DNA from: an uncultured Desulfospira sp. | GTDB lineage: Bacteria > Desulfobacterota > Desulfobacteria > Desulfobacterales > Desulfobacteraceae | DNA: 64,000 bases | NCBI GenBank assembly: GCA_963663165.1 | Contig: OY760175.1 | Location: forward strand, 5,728,001-5,792,000 | Reading direction: 5' to 3' | Part shown: one piece after another, positions 1 through 9,313 of the stretch | How the letters are laid out: the number at the start of each line of letters is the position of its first letter | How positions within the stretch are numbered: position 1 is the stretch's first letter | Notes under the pieces: generated by a model | Databases searched by the model: none | What the model was told of the DNA's origin: nothing | What the model saw: the letters and a program-made list of their open reading frames with translations, nothing else | Program-made: the position numbers and the translations under genes

Positions 1-53
1 GGTACCGCCCGTGAATCGCCGTTGGCAGATGGTTAATTGAGAAAGGAGTTGCA

Positions 54-458
54 ATGGAGCCTGAGATTAAGATCCGAGGATATCATACAGACCTGTATCA
101 GCATGTGAACAATGCCAGGTACCTTGAATTTTTAGAAGAGGCAAGATGGCAGCTTTTAGAAGACCATGTGGATCTTCAGACGTTCATGGAAAAAGGGTTT
201 TTGTTTTTTGTGGTCAACATCAATATTTCTTATAAAAGTCAGGCCCGGGTGAACGATGTGATCCGGATCCGGTCAGGATTGGGAAAAATTGGAAACAAAA
301 GCGCTGTGATCCGGCAGCAGGTGGTCAACCAGGCCACCGGACAGGTCTGTGTGGATGCGGATGTTACCTTTGTCCTGTCCGACTTTAAAGGCAAATCCCT
401 CAAGCTTGAAGGGGAATTGCTGGCGCTGTTGAAACAGATCCCGGTACTAGAGGAATGA
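54..458 (+). CDS. Acyl-CoA thioesterase, YbgC/FadM hot-dog family
   Basis: D-x-Y-Q-H-V-N-N-A-R-Y-L-E-F-L-E-E-A-R motif; 134 aa; RBS AAAGGAG upstream. Confidence 0.9.
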   Translation: MEPEIKIRGYHTDLYQHVNNARYLEFLEEARWQLLEDHVDLQTFMEKGFLFFVVNINISYKSQARVNDVIRIRSGLGKIGNKSAVIRQQVVNQATGQVCVDADVTFVLSDFKGKSLKLEGELLALLKQIPVLEE

Positions 459-906
459 GCCAAAAACAAAAAACAAAAGATCCTCTTTGCATGGCTGTCT
501 GGGTTGGGGCCATTTTTTTCATGGTTTTCGGCATGGCGGCACAGGGGGCTTGTGCGCAAACGAACGCCCCGGCTTCACAGATTAAATTTTCTCCCGGCGA
601 GCAGCAGTGGCTTAATACCCATAAAACCGTCAGGATAGGCGGCCCCCGAAAGTTCCCGCCATTTCATTATTATGACGGGCAGGGCAACCTTAAGGGGATG
701 AATGAACCGTTCCCATCTGCGCTAACTGTAAAAAAATAAGGGATGATCAAGGCTATTGGAACCATCTGGAATCCTTTATAGAGGCGCACTCACAAGCTTC
801 TTTCAGCCACGGAATTTGTCCGGAATGCCAGGAAAAATTATACGGCAGCCAGAACTGGTACCGGGAAAAAACTGAGGATAAAAAAGGCTCACCCCCGGAG
901 ACGTAA
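455..906 (+). pseudogene. Internally deleted/frameshifted sensor gene: signal peptide and start of a periplasmic solute-binding domain, joined out of frame to a C-terminal PICxxCKKIRDD...SHGICPxC Cys-rich domain
   Basis: 455-739 reads EQQWLNTHKTVRIGGPRKFPPFHYYD; a second frame at 709-906 reads VPICANCKKIRDDQGYWNHLESFIEAHSQASFSHGICPEC and has a stop directly upstream (703-705). Confidence 0.75.
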
Positions 907-927
907 CGGCACCGGACAGAAAAAACA

Positions 928-1830
928 TTATGGATTTCCTGATAGTCCTGACACCAGGGCCGTGATGAGAATAATGAGACAGGCCAGAAGGGCCGCCGGT
1001 TCTTTAAACCGGTGTTCAAAGGTCCGGTGAAAGGGGAAAAAAATAACCCCAATGCCAAGCCCCATGAGAAATCCGAGGACATGGGCCCAGACATCGGTGG
1101 TTTCCCCGTGGCTGAACATGGCCACCAGGGTGGCGGCGCCAAAAAAAGGAATCAGCCGTTTCCAAATCCGGCTTTTCAGGCTTTCAAACCCGGCGGCCCC
1201 GGTTTTTTTCAGGGTCATCTGGTAAGCGGCAAGCCCCCCTGCGGCCCCCATGACCGCGGTGGATGCACCAATGGAAAGCCTTGCATTGGCCTGAAGCCAC
1301 GCATTGAGCAGGTTGCCGGATGTGCCGGCGGCCAGGAGCAGCAACGGCCCCGTACCGTAGCCTGAAACCCGGATCAAGGGGTCAGCAAAGATGAGCAGTC
1401 CCCCTAAGTTTCCGATCAGGTGCCGGGTATCGGCATGGATAAACAGGGCGGTGACGGCCCTGAAGGTTTCCCCCTGCATGATGTAAAGGTTTGACGCACC
1501 GAAGTCCATGATCAGTGCCCGGTGAAATCCTTTGGCGCAGCTGATGGCGTGGACTAGGATGAGCAGCCCCATGATGGCAAATGCCCCGGGAGCGCTGAAT
1601 GCAGATGGCCCGAATACCGGGGAAGGCGTTGGGGCGGCTGGTTCCTGGTTCTCCAGAATGTACCGGTTAACGTGAAACGAGGCGGCGGCACAATGGTCTG
1701 CCGGCACCAGGATATCAAAATCAGCCCGGCCGGTGTGGGGCTGGATAACCGCCGGAATGGCCTGGGAGGCCAGGATCAATAGGACCAGGTCGGCCTGCTT
1801 TTTATTAAGGCTTGAAAATAATCGGATCAT
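928..1830 (-). CDS. Rhomboid family intramembrane serine protease
   Basis: HxxxxHLxxN (HADTRHLIGN), GAS catalytic motif (SIGASTAVMG), AHVLG; several TM helices. Confidence 0.9.
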   Translation of the reverse strand: MIRLFSSLNKKQADLVLLILASQAIPAVIQPHTGRADFDILVPADHCAAASFHVNRYILENQEPAAPTPSPVFGPSAFSAPGAFAIMGLLILVHAISCAKGFHRALIMDFGASNLYIMQGETFRAVTALFIHADTRHLIGNLGGLLIFADPLIRVSGYGTGPLLLLAAGTSGNLLNAWLQANARLSIGASTAVMGAAGGLAAYQMTLKKTGAAGFESLKSRIWKRLIPFFGAATLVAMFSHGETTDVWAHVLGFLMGLGIGVIFFPFHRTFEHRFKEPAALLACLIILITALVSGLSGNP

Positions 1831-1856
1831 TGGCAGGTCTCAGGTTTATCCGGCTG

Positions 1857-2008
1857 GTAACTGTTCAGCAGTGCCCCATCTTCGCTCATTCAGGCCTTCT
1901 CACATAGCAACAGTATGCTACGAAGGCCTGACTAAACAAATATGAAGCACTGATGAACAGTTACGGACCCTTGTTTTGCTTAGTTTTCAGCATTAGCTGA
2001 ATAGTTAC
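1857..2008. mobile_element. MITE-like palindromic element with GTAACTGTTCA...TGAACAGTTAC ends (1857-1964) plus an extra end TGAATAGTTAC
   Basis: 11-bp perfect terminal inverted repeats extended by CAGTGC/GCACTG; internal TCAGGCCTTC/GAAGGCCTGA hairpin; non-coding. Confidence 0.55.
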
Positions 2009-2011
2009 TCC

Positions 2012-2086
2012 GGCTGAAGGTTATTAGACTGAAGGTTGAAGGGAGCCTGGCTTCTGCCAATCTTCAGCCTAAACCCCTTCAGCCTA
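2012..2086. repeat. Heptamer-based palindromic element (GCTGAAG/ACTGAAG ... CTTCAGC-CTAAACC)
   Basis: The same motif recurs at about 5902, 22031, 27307, 32444 and 57840. Confidence 0.7.
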
Positions 2087-2129
2087 TCCACCTTTTTAAA
2101 CCTATCCAATAACGAAGGGAAAATAAAGC

Positions 2130-2927
2130 ATGAAAATCATCCGGTTTTTGTCCAGTGAGGATAAAGTTTGCTTAGGACACCAGTATGACGGGGATACGGC
2201 AGTGTTGCTTGACGGAGATATCTTCAGCCCCATGGCCGATACCGGCACACGGGCAGCGGTAAAAAAATTGTTGCCCCCCATTGATCCGCCGGCCGTGATG
2301 TGCATTGGCCTGAATTACAAACTTCATGCAAAGGAAACCGGGCTGCCCCTTCCCCAATATCCCGTGTTGTTCATGAAGAACCCGGCGGCGGTTTCAGGCC
2401 ATAAAGATCCCATTGTCATCCCGGCCGTTTGCGCTGATCCAGATGAAGTGGATTATGAGGCTGAACTGGCCGTTGTGATTAAAGAGGACACAAAAGACAT
2501 CCTTGTGGAAAACGCCCTTGATGCTGTTTTGGGGTATTGCTGCGCCAATGATGTGTCGGCCAGGCGATGGCAGAAACATGCCGGGGGCGGGCAGTGGATC
2601 AGGGGAAAAAGTTATGACGGATTCTGCCCTTTCGGCCCGGCCCTGGTTACCCCGGATGAGATAAAAAATCCCCAGGATCTTTCAATCCAGTGCCGGGTCA
2701 ACGGCCAGACCATGCAAAAAAGCCGTACCAGCGACATGATTTTTTCCGTGGCCCAGATCATCTCTTACCTGTCCGAAGCCACCACCCTGAAGGCCGGAAC
2801 CCTGATTCTTACCGGGACCCCTGAAGGGGTGGGATTTACCCGCAAACCACCGGTCTATCTTCGTCCCGGGGATCTGGTGGCGGTTGAAATTGAGGGCCTG
2901 GGCAGGCTGGAAAACCCCGTTGTTTAG
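2130..2927 (+). CDS. Fumarylacetoacetate hydrolase family protein
   Basis: CIGLNY, DYEAEL, NDVSAR, RGKSYD and ILTGTPEGVG motifs. Confidence 0.93.
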   Translation: MKIIRFLSSEDKVCLGHQYDGDTAVLLDGDIFSPMADTGTRAAVKKLLPPIDPPAVMCIGLNYKLHAKETGLPLPQYPVLFMKNPAAVSGHKDPIVIPAVCADPDEVDYEAELAVVIKEDTKDILVENALDAVLGYCCANDVSARRWQKHAGGGQWIRGKSYDGFCPFGPALVTPDEIKNPQDLSIQCRVNGQTMQKSRTSDMIFSVAQIISYLSEATTLKAGTLILTGTPEGVGFTRKPPVYLRPGDLVAVEIEGLGRLENPVV

Positions 2928-4350
2928 GCACCTGGGCCTGGCAGAGTTGCCCGGTCAGGGCAATGGCCTTTTCAATGTCCTGATTCCACATGCCGGCGTT
3001 GAGCCGCATGCAGTGAGAGAATTTGCCTTTAAGGGTAAATAGGGGACCGGGGGCGATGAGGATATTTCTTTTCATGGCCTGCCGGTACACCAGGGTGGTG
3101 TCCACATCATGGGGCAGTTCCACCCACAGCAAAAATCCGCCGTCCGGGTCTGTCACTTGGGTCCCCTGGGGAAAATGGGAAAGTACCGCCTGCCGCATTT
3201 GCCGGACCGCCTGGCTGACCTTTTTTCTCAGGTGTCTGAGATGCCGGTCATAGCCGCCCTCCTTTAAGAACCGGGCCACGGCGATCTGCTGGACAGATGC
3301 GGCGCAGATGTTCATAAGGGTTTTTATTTCCAGGATCTTATCGTAGGCCTTTCCCGGTGAAATCCAGCCGATTCTGAGTCCCGGCGCAATGGTTTTGGAA
3401 AAAGAGGAACAGTAGAGAACCCGGCCGGATTTGTCATGGCCCTTGCAGGTATCAGGCCGGTCCTTAAAGGCAATGTCCCCGTAGACATCATCCTCAATGA
3501 GCGGGATGTCGTACCGGGCCAGGAGGCGGACCAGCTTTTTCTTTTTCCACGAGGGCATGGAGAATCCCATGGGGTTGTTGAAGTTGGAAATTGTATACAT
3601 GGCCTTGACCTCCTGGCTTTCCAGGACAAATTCAAGGGTTTTCAGGCTGATGCCCTCGGCATCATGGCTCGGGATTTCAATGACCCGCAGATCCAGCTGC
3701 TTGAGCATATGAAAAAGGCTGAAGTAAATGGGGCTTTCAAAGACCACCGTATCCCCGGGCTTGCACAGGGCCATGAGGGAGAGGAAGACCGCTTCATGGC
3801 AGCCGTTGGTCACAATGATCTCTTCAGGGGAAAGATTCAACCCGGCCGTCAGGCCCTGGCGGGCGATCTGCTGACGCAGGGGCAGGTACCCCGGGGGCAT
3901 GAGATAATTTAAAGCTTCCACATCAGGCTGCCGGACCGCTTCCCCCATGAACCGGGCCATTTTTTCAGTGGGCCAGAATCCCGAATCCAGTCCGGCAATC
4001 CCCAGGTTCACCTTGGATTGGCTTTCCCCGTATTCCTTGAAGGCGGCATAGACCTGGCAGAAGTTGACTTCCTGGGGATTGAGCATCCGGGACTGCGCCG
4101 CATCGGTTTTCTCCGTGCTGTCCCACCCCAGAACAGACTGCTTTTTTACGTAAAACCCGGACTGGGGTACCGCCGCAATATAATTTTTATCCTCCAGCCG
4201 CCAGTAGGCTTCTTTAATGGTGTTGACGCTAAGGCCAAGTTCCCGGCTCAACTGACGGATGGACGGAATCTTATCTCCTTCCTGAAGGGCGCCGTTTTGG
4301 ATCAGGGTAACAATTCTGTCCGCTACCTGCTCATATCGCGTCTGTTTCAT
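2836..4350 (-). CDS. MocR/GntR-family regulator with PLP-dependent aminotransferase domain
   Basis: N-terminal wHTH (KIPSIRQLSRELGLSVNT), IEDDVY, SFSKTIAPGLRIGW; likely start MKQTRYE at 4350; 3' end overlaps the FAH gene. Confidence 0.9.
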   Translation of the reverse strand: MKQTRYEQVADRIVTLIQNGALQEGDKIPSIRQLSRELGLSVNTIKEAYWRLEDKNYIAAVPQSGFYVKKQSVLGWDSTEKTDAAQSRMLNPQEVNFCQVYAAFKEYGESQSKVNLGIAGLDSGFWPTEKMARFMGEAVRQPDVEALNYLMPPGYLPLRQQIARQGLTAGLNLSPEEIIVTNGCHEAVFLSLMALCKPGDTVVFESPIYFSLFHMLKQLDLRVIEIPSHDAEGISLKTLEFVLESQEVKAMYTISNFNNPMGFSMPSWKKKKLVRLLARYDIPLIEDDVYGDIAFKDRPDTCKGHDKSGRVLYCSSFSKTIAPGLRIGWISPGKAYDKILEIKTLMNICAASVQQIAVARFLKEGGYDRHLRHLRKKVSQAVRQMRQAVLSHFPQGTQVTDPDGGFLLWVELPHDVDTTLVYRQAMKRNILIAPGPLFTLKGKFSHCMRLNAGMWNQDIEKAIALTGQLCQAQVPKQRGFPACPGPQFQPPPDPRDEDRPVVCG

Positions 4351-4473
4351 GATCACTCTCCCATACCCGCATTTGTTTTTAGGTCTGGCCGCCAGGGGGC
4401 TTTCCCGGCGCATGTTATTTCTTGTAACCTTTACCCTGTCCCGGAAAAAGATACAATTCCTGTTAAAAAAACA

Positions 4474-4504
4474 GGTACAGTTGGAGTCGGTATCCAACTG
4501 TGCC
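4474..4504. promoter_or_regulatory. Probable MocR operator, inverted repeat GGTACAGTTGGA-N7-TCCAACTGTGCC
   Basis: 12-bp inverted repeat with one mismatch between the divergent MocR and DUF2917 genes. Confidence 0.55.
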
Positions 4505-4622
4505 CATATCTTTTCGTTTCTGTGTCCCTTACACCTTTTCTGGCTCCAGGATATGCTTGACTCCGTCAATGCCGGGCATCTCATCCGGCATAAGGCATTT
4601 AACCCCGGAGCAGGAGACGGCC

Positions 4623-4883
4623 ATGAATTTATCAAAGAATCAGGTGATTGGTTTTAAGAACACCACCCTTAACGTCCGGTGTCTGTCAGGCATTCTCTGG
4701 CTCACCTGGCCCAACCGCCATGAACGCGTATTGAAACCCGGCCAGTCGGCCATTGTGACCAGCAGGGGAATCATCTGCATCCAGGCCTTTTCTTCTTCAG
4801 CATTCAGATTGGACAAAGTAAAAAAGAGATGGTGGGGGCTCCCGGATGATATTTTTAAAAAAAGGGCCACCCCGGCGCAATAG
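4623..4883 (+). CDS. DUF2917-like small protein
   Basis: VRCLSGILWLTW...VLKPGQ pattern; RBS CAGGAG; divergent from a MocR regulator, a typical context. Confidence 0.7.
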   Translation: MNLSKNQVIGFKNTTLNVRCLSGILWLTWPNRHERVLKPGQSAIVTSRGIICIQAFSSSAFRLDKVKKRWWGLPDDIFKKRATPAQ

Positions 4884-4934
4884 GGCCGGGGTGGCAGTTG
4901 GAGGGATGGTATGGCGGGAAAATTGGCCGGTAGG

Positions 4935-5471
4935 TTATTGGGCTTGCTGCTGTTCAGGGGCAGGCCTTTCAGGGGTGTCCGCTGACAGGGCACCCAGGCA
5001 TCTGCCGTGGTTTCCAAAACCAGACCCCTTGCCGGGGCCCTGTCCCATGCCATGCCCGCGGCCCATACCGGGTCCACGGCCCATGCCGAATCCTTGAAAA
5101 TCCGGGGAAATCTTTTTGGCGGCAAGTTGGAAATCTATCCTTTTGACGGCCATTTCGGTCTGCAGGGGGCCAAGTTTCTCAACGATGGAGACCAGTTCTT
5201 CCTTGTCCGGGGTTGAGGTTTCCATGATCATTTTCATTTTCATTCTCAGGCCGGCGATTTCGGTTCTTTCTTTAACGGTATCATCAATAAATTTCTGGTG
5301 AAGGGCTTTGAGTTGGTCAAGCTGCTCCGGGCTCAGGTTCTGGCAGGCCCGTCCCCGGTGTGCTTTGCTGCCTTTATTCATCCCGCCCTTGGTGTTTGTC
5401 CAGCAAAAGGCAGTTGAAGCCATTAATGCAATGGTCAGAACAGTGATGATCAGTGTGAGTGATTTTTTCAT
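4935..5471 (-). CDS. zraP: Periplasmic ZraP/Spy/CpxP-family protein
   Basis: Signal peptide, LSPEQ motif, helical core and G/M/H-rich tail; RBS AAAGGAG; divergent from a ZraSR-like pair. Confidence 0.75.
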   Translation of the reverse strand: MKKSLTLIITVLTIALMASTAFCWTNTKGGMNKGSKAHRGRACQNLSPEQLDQLKALHQKFIDDTVKERTEIAGLRMKMKMIMETSTPDKEELVSIVEKLGPLQTEMAVKRIDFQLAAKKISPDFQGFGMGRGPGMGRGHGMGQGPGKGSGFGNHGRCLGALSADTPERPAPEQQQAQ

Positions 5472-5557
5472 GGGTAAATCTCCTTTATTAAATGGTTTGG
5501 TTCCGCATTTGTCTTTGTTGTTGGTTTTGGATGCTTCATCCGCTTGGAAATGTTTAT

Positions 5558-5573
5558 AGCAAGGGCTGTGCCA
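5558..5573 (-). promoter_or_regulatory. Sigma54 -24/-12 promoter for the zraP-like gene
   Basis: Minus strand reads TGGCAC-AGCCC-TTGCT. Confidence 0.85.
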
Positions 5574-5955
5574 GGCAAGAAACTTGAGACTGGAAACAAG
5601 AGTGCGAGAATCGCGGTCGGATGGGCTTTTCAAGATTATATCCAATGGTTTGTTTTTTATTTTAACCGGTTTTTTCCGGGTTCAACATCTTGTTTCTTGT
5701 CTCTTGACCCCAGTTTCTTGTATACTTTTTACCCGGCACAGGGTAACCATATGGTTCCTAATTACTCAGTCCGGTCAGGGATCGGAAACAAGGTGCCGGG
5801 CCTGGGTGGGTTTCCAATGACTTTCTGGCCGGGTATGGTTTTTGCAAAAAAATAAAAGCGATGGAAACTGAAACCGTCAGGGGGGAGAGGTAATGGTTAT
5901 TCTTCAGCCTAACCCCCTTCAGCCTAAAAGCCTTCCTTAAAAGGGGTTTGAATAA

Positions 5956-7767
5956 ATGAAATTCGGAAAACAGCATCACCATATCATTTCACCTTATATG
6001 ATGGCCGGGGTCCTGGTGGTTCTTCTGCCCGTTTTTGTCTATATGACCTTTGACCGGATGGAACGGCAGAGGGCCTATATCCGGGGAAGGCTCCTGGCTG
6101 AAGGCAGTTCCCTGATCCGGACCTTTGAGGCCGGGACCCGGGCCGGAATGCTGTCCATGCCCTGGGGAATCCGCCGGGTCCAGTCCATGATTCTGGAAAC
6201 CTCATTTCAGCCGGATATCTCCTATATTATGATCACCTCAAAGACCGGACAAATCCTGGCCCATTCAGATGAGTCCATGGTCGGGGAACAGTTTGAGGGC
6301 ATGCCGGACCTGGAAAACCTTGACACGGATGCACTTTCATTTTCAGGTCGGACCCGGAACCTTGATGAAGGCCGGGTGTTTGAGGTGTTTAAACGGTTCA
6401 CTCCCATGAAAAGCCGGTTTATAGGCCGTCCCGGCCACAGGGGAGAAAAGCGGATGCACCGTCCCCTGCCCGCGCCTGATTTTGATATGGATGATAAAGG
6501 CCCTGTCCGGGAGTCATTTGAATTTAAAGCGCCCGGCGGTTCTCCGGTTTTCACCGATTCCGGGGAATACTACATCTTTGCCGGGTTTTCCATGGACCGG
6601 GCGAACCTGCTCGAACGGCAGTTGATCAAACACTCTGTGGGATCGGGAATTCTATTCTTTTTATTATGCGGTGCCGGGGTGATCAGCCTCATGGCCTATC
6701 AGCGGTACCGGTCTGCCCGGGCTGACCTCACCCAGGTTCAGGCCTTTTCAGACAATGTGGTGGAGAACATGCCCTCCGGCCTGGTCACCATTGATACCGG
6801 CCATACCATTACCCTGGTCAATCAGGCGGCGGTGAACATTCTGGGAAACGGCTTTAGCCGGCCGTTCCCTGAGATGAAGGCGATGGCGGACCATATGGCG
6901 GTGTCCGGTGAAGCCATCCTAAAAGAGGTAACCCTGACAAGGCAAAAGGGGGGGGATTTAAGGCTTGATATCACCGGCTCTCCCATCCGGAACAAAGACG
7001 GGCAGGTCATCGGTTTTTTGTTTTTGTTTAAGGATATGACCCAGATTCGTTCTTTGCAAAAGGAGGTGGAAACCACCCGCAGGCTGGCCGCCATCGGCAA
7101 ACTGGCCGGGGGTGTGGCCCACGAGATCCGGAACCCCTTAAGCTCCATCAAGGGGTTTGCCACTTATTTCATGAAACGGTACGAAAATGAGCCGGCAGAC
7201 GTTGAAACCGCCCGGATCATGGTCCAGGAAGTCGAACGGATCAACCGGTCCATTACCCAGCTGTTAGAGTTTGCCAAACCCATGGCCGTGGAAAAAAAGA
7301 CAGTGGAGATTGAGCCCTTAATTACCCATTCCCTGCGCCTGGCCGACCATGATTTCAAAGAGAAAAATATTCACACCAAAGTGGAAATTGATCCCGGCCT
7401 GTCCAGGTTTATGACCGATCCGGACCGGCTTAACCAGGTGCTGCTTAACTTGTATATCAATGCCGTCAATGCCATGGAGCCGGAAGGAAAACTCTTTGTC
7501 CGGGCAGGGTTTGGCCCGGACAAACGCCATTTTGAAATTGAAGTGGGCGATACCGGCTGCGGCATGGACCAGGAGACCCTGGAGAATATCTTTGATCCCT
7601 ATTTTACCACCCGCCAGAGCGGCACCGGTTTAGGGCTGTCCATTGTCCATAGGATTGTGGAAAATCTGGGCGGTGACATCCGGGTAGACAGTGTGCCGGG
7701 AAAGGGGACAAGGTTTACGCTTTCGTTTTTATTGGCTGCTGCCAAAGAAAAGGACCTTAACAAATGA
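5956..7767 (+). CDS. Membrane sensor histidine kinase, ZraS-like (2 TM, PAS, HisKA, HATPase)
   Basis: LIRTFEAGTR N-terminal motif, GVAHEIRNPL H-box, N/G1/F/G2 boxes. Confidence 0.88.
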   Translation: MKFGKQHHHIISPYMMAGVLVVLLPVFVYMTFDRMERQRAYIRGRLLAEGSSLIRTFEAGTRAGMLSMPWGIRRVQSMILETSFQPDISYIMITSKTGQILAHSDESMVGEQFEGMPDLENLDTDALSFSGRTRNLDEGRVFEVFKRFTPMKSRFIGRPGHRGEKRMHRPLPAPDFDMDDKGPVRESFEFKAPGGSPVFTDSGEYYIFAGFSMDRANLLERQLIKHSVGSGILFFLLCGAGVISLMAYQRYRSARADLTQVQAFSDNVVENMPSGLVTIDTGHTITLVNQAAVNILGNGFSRPFPEMKAMADHMAVSGEAILKEVTLTRQKGGDLRLDITGSPIRNKDGQVIGFLFLFKDMTQIRSLQKEVETTRRLAAIGKLAGGVAHEIRNPLSSIKGFATYFMKRYENEPADVETARIMVQEVERINRSITQLLEFAKPMAVEKKTVEIEPLITHSLRLADHDFKEKNIHTKVEIDPGLSRFMTDPDRLNQVLLNLYINAVNAMEPEGKLFVRAGFGPDKRHFEIEVGDTGCGMDQETLENIFDPYFTTRQSGTGLGLSIVHRIVENLGGDIRVDSVPGKGTRFTLSFLLAAAKEKDLNK

Positions 7768-9116
7768 AGAAAAAAATACTGGTGGTTGATGATGACGCGG
7801 CCCACGCAAGAATGCTCAACACGCTGATCGCGGACTGGGGGTATGAGGTGTTCAGGACCGGTGACGGGGGTGCCGGGGTGGACATGGTCAAAAACGAGCC
7901 CTTTGATCTGGTGCTCATGGACATCCGGATGATCAACATGTCGGGCATGGAGGCCTTAAGCCTGATCCTTGAATATAACCCGTCGCTGCCCGTTATCATG
8001 ATGACGGCCTATTCGTCCGTGGATACCGCTGTCAGGGCGTTGAAAATCGGTGCCTATGATTACCTGACCAAGCCCCTTGATTTTGATAAACTCAAACTGA
8101 CCCTGGACCGGGCCATGGAACGGATTTCGTTAAAATCGGAAAACCAGGCCCTCAAAGACCGGATCAAAAGTGAGCGCTTTGACCATAATATTTTAGGGAA
8201 GAGCCGGGCCATGGCCGCCCTGCTGGATACCATCAAGATGGTGGCCCCCACTGATGCCAATGTCCTGGTGACCGGGGAGTCTGGCACGGGAAAGGAGTTG
8301 GTGTCATCGGCCCTTCATGCCAACAGCCCGAGAAAGGATGCCCCCTTTGTGAGAATCAACTGTGCGGCCATCACGGAAACCCTGCTGGAATCCGAATTGT
8401 TCGGCCATGAGAAAGGGGCGTTTACCGGGGCGGAACGAAAGCGGAAAGGAAAGTTTTTGCAGGCAGACAAAGGCAGCATTCTCTTAGATGAAATCGGGGA
8501 AATGAGCCTGGCCATGCAGGCCAAGCTGCTCCGGGTGATCCAGGAAAAAGAGGTGACCCCCGTAGGCAGTGACCAGAGTACCACTGTGGATGTCCGGGTG
8601 ATTGCCGCCACCAACCGGGACCTTAAGGCCATGTCCCTTGACGGCGGTTTCCGCCAGGACCTCTACTACCGCCTTAACGTGGTGTCCATTGATATCCCGC
8701 CGTTAAGGGAACGGCCTGAAGACATCCCGGAGCTGGCCCTTCACTTTCTGGATCATTTTTCCAAAAAGAACCGCAAAGAGCTCAAAGGATTTTCCCCGGA
8801 CGCCATGGATGCCATGATCCGGTACCCGTGGCAGGGCAATGTCAGGGAACTGATGAACGCCGTGGAAAGGGGGGTGGTCATGGCCCGGACAGATTATATC
8901 TGCATCGAAAACCTGCCCTTTTCCCAGGGGGATCTGCCCGAGATGAGTGAAATTGAAACCGGGCTTGAAAATTTCAGCCTGTCTCAAATAGAAGAAAAGG
9001 CCATTTTATCCACCTTAGAGGCTGCCGGGGGGAATAAAAGCGAGGCATCCCGGCGGCTTGGCATTACCCGGAAAACATTGCTTAAAAAACTCAAACAATA
9101 TGGAAAAGAGAAATGA
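7764..9116 (+). CDS. Sigma54-dependent response regulator, ZraR/NtrC-like
   Basis: REC domain, GESGTGKE, GAFTGA, Fis-type HTH. Confidence 0.93.
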   Translation: MKKKILVVDDDAAHARMLNTLIADWGYEVFRTGDGGAGVDMVKNEPFDLVLMDIRMINMSGMEALSLILEYNPSLPVIMMTAYSSVDTAVRALKIGAYDYLTKPLDFDKLKLTLDRAMERISLKSENQALKDRIKSERFDHNILGKSRAMAALLDTIKMVAPTDANVLVTGESGTGKELVSSALHANSPRKDAPFVRINCAAITETLLESELFGHEKGAFTGAERKRKGKFLQADKGSILLDEIGEMSLAMQAKLLRVIQEKEVTPVGSDQSTTVDVRVIAATNRDLKAMSLDGGFRQDLYYRLNVVSIDIPPLRERPEDIPELALHFLDHFSKKNRKELKGFSPDAMDAMIRYPWQGNVRELMNAVERGVVMARTDYICIENLPFSQGDLPEMSEIETGLENFSLSQIEEKAILSTLEAAGGNKSEASRRLGITRKTLLKKLKQYGKEK

Positions 9117-9313
9117 ACCCCCAAAAAAAATCTATGGAAATTGACCCCATGGTGGCCCAGGCAGTGGGCAAAATAGAGGAATTTGTGGAAAACGCCACCG
9201 GCAAACGGCCCGAGCCTGAAGAGCTTTCCCAGGCCCTGACCAAATACTTTGTATTAAAAGAGATCCTGGACTTTATCAAATTGTCCCGGCAGGAGGGTGA
9301 AGGTGCGGGCTAA
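9113..9313 (+). CDS. Small hypothetical protein (66 aa)
   Basis: ATGA overlap with the regulator stop codon; helical, protein-like composition. Confidence 0.65.
   Translation: MNPQKKSMEIDPMVAQAVGKIEEFVENATGKRPEPEELSQALTKYFVLKEILDFIKLSRQEGEGAG

Noticed and set aside
4351..4635. N-terminal extensions in the ORF track (MocR from 4635, zraP from 5645, activator from 18201, MvhD from 25451, HdrB from 31548)
   Set aside because: Domain starts, RBS positions and overlaps support the shorter starts used here.
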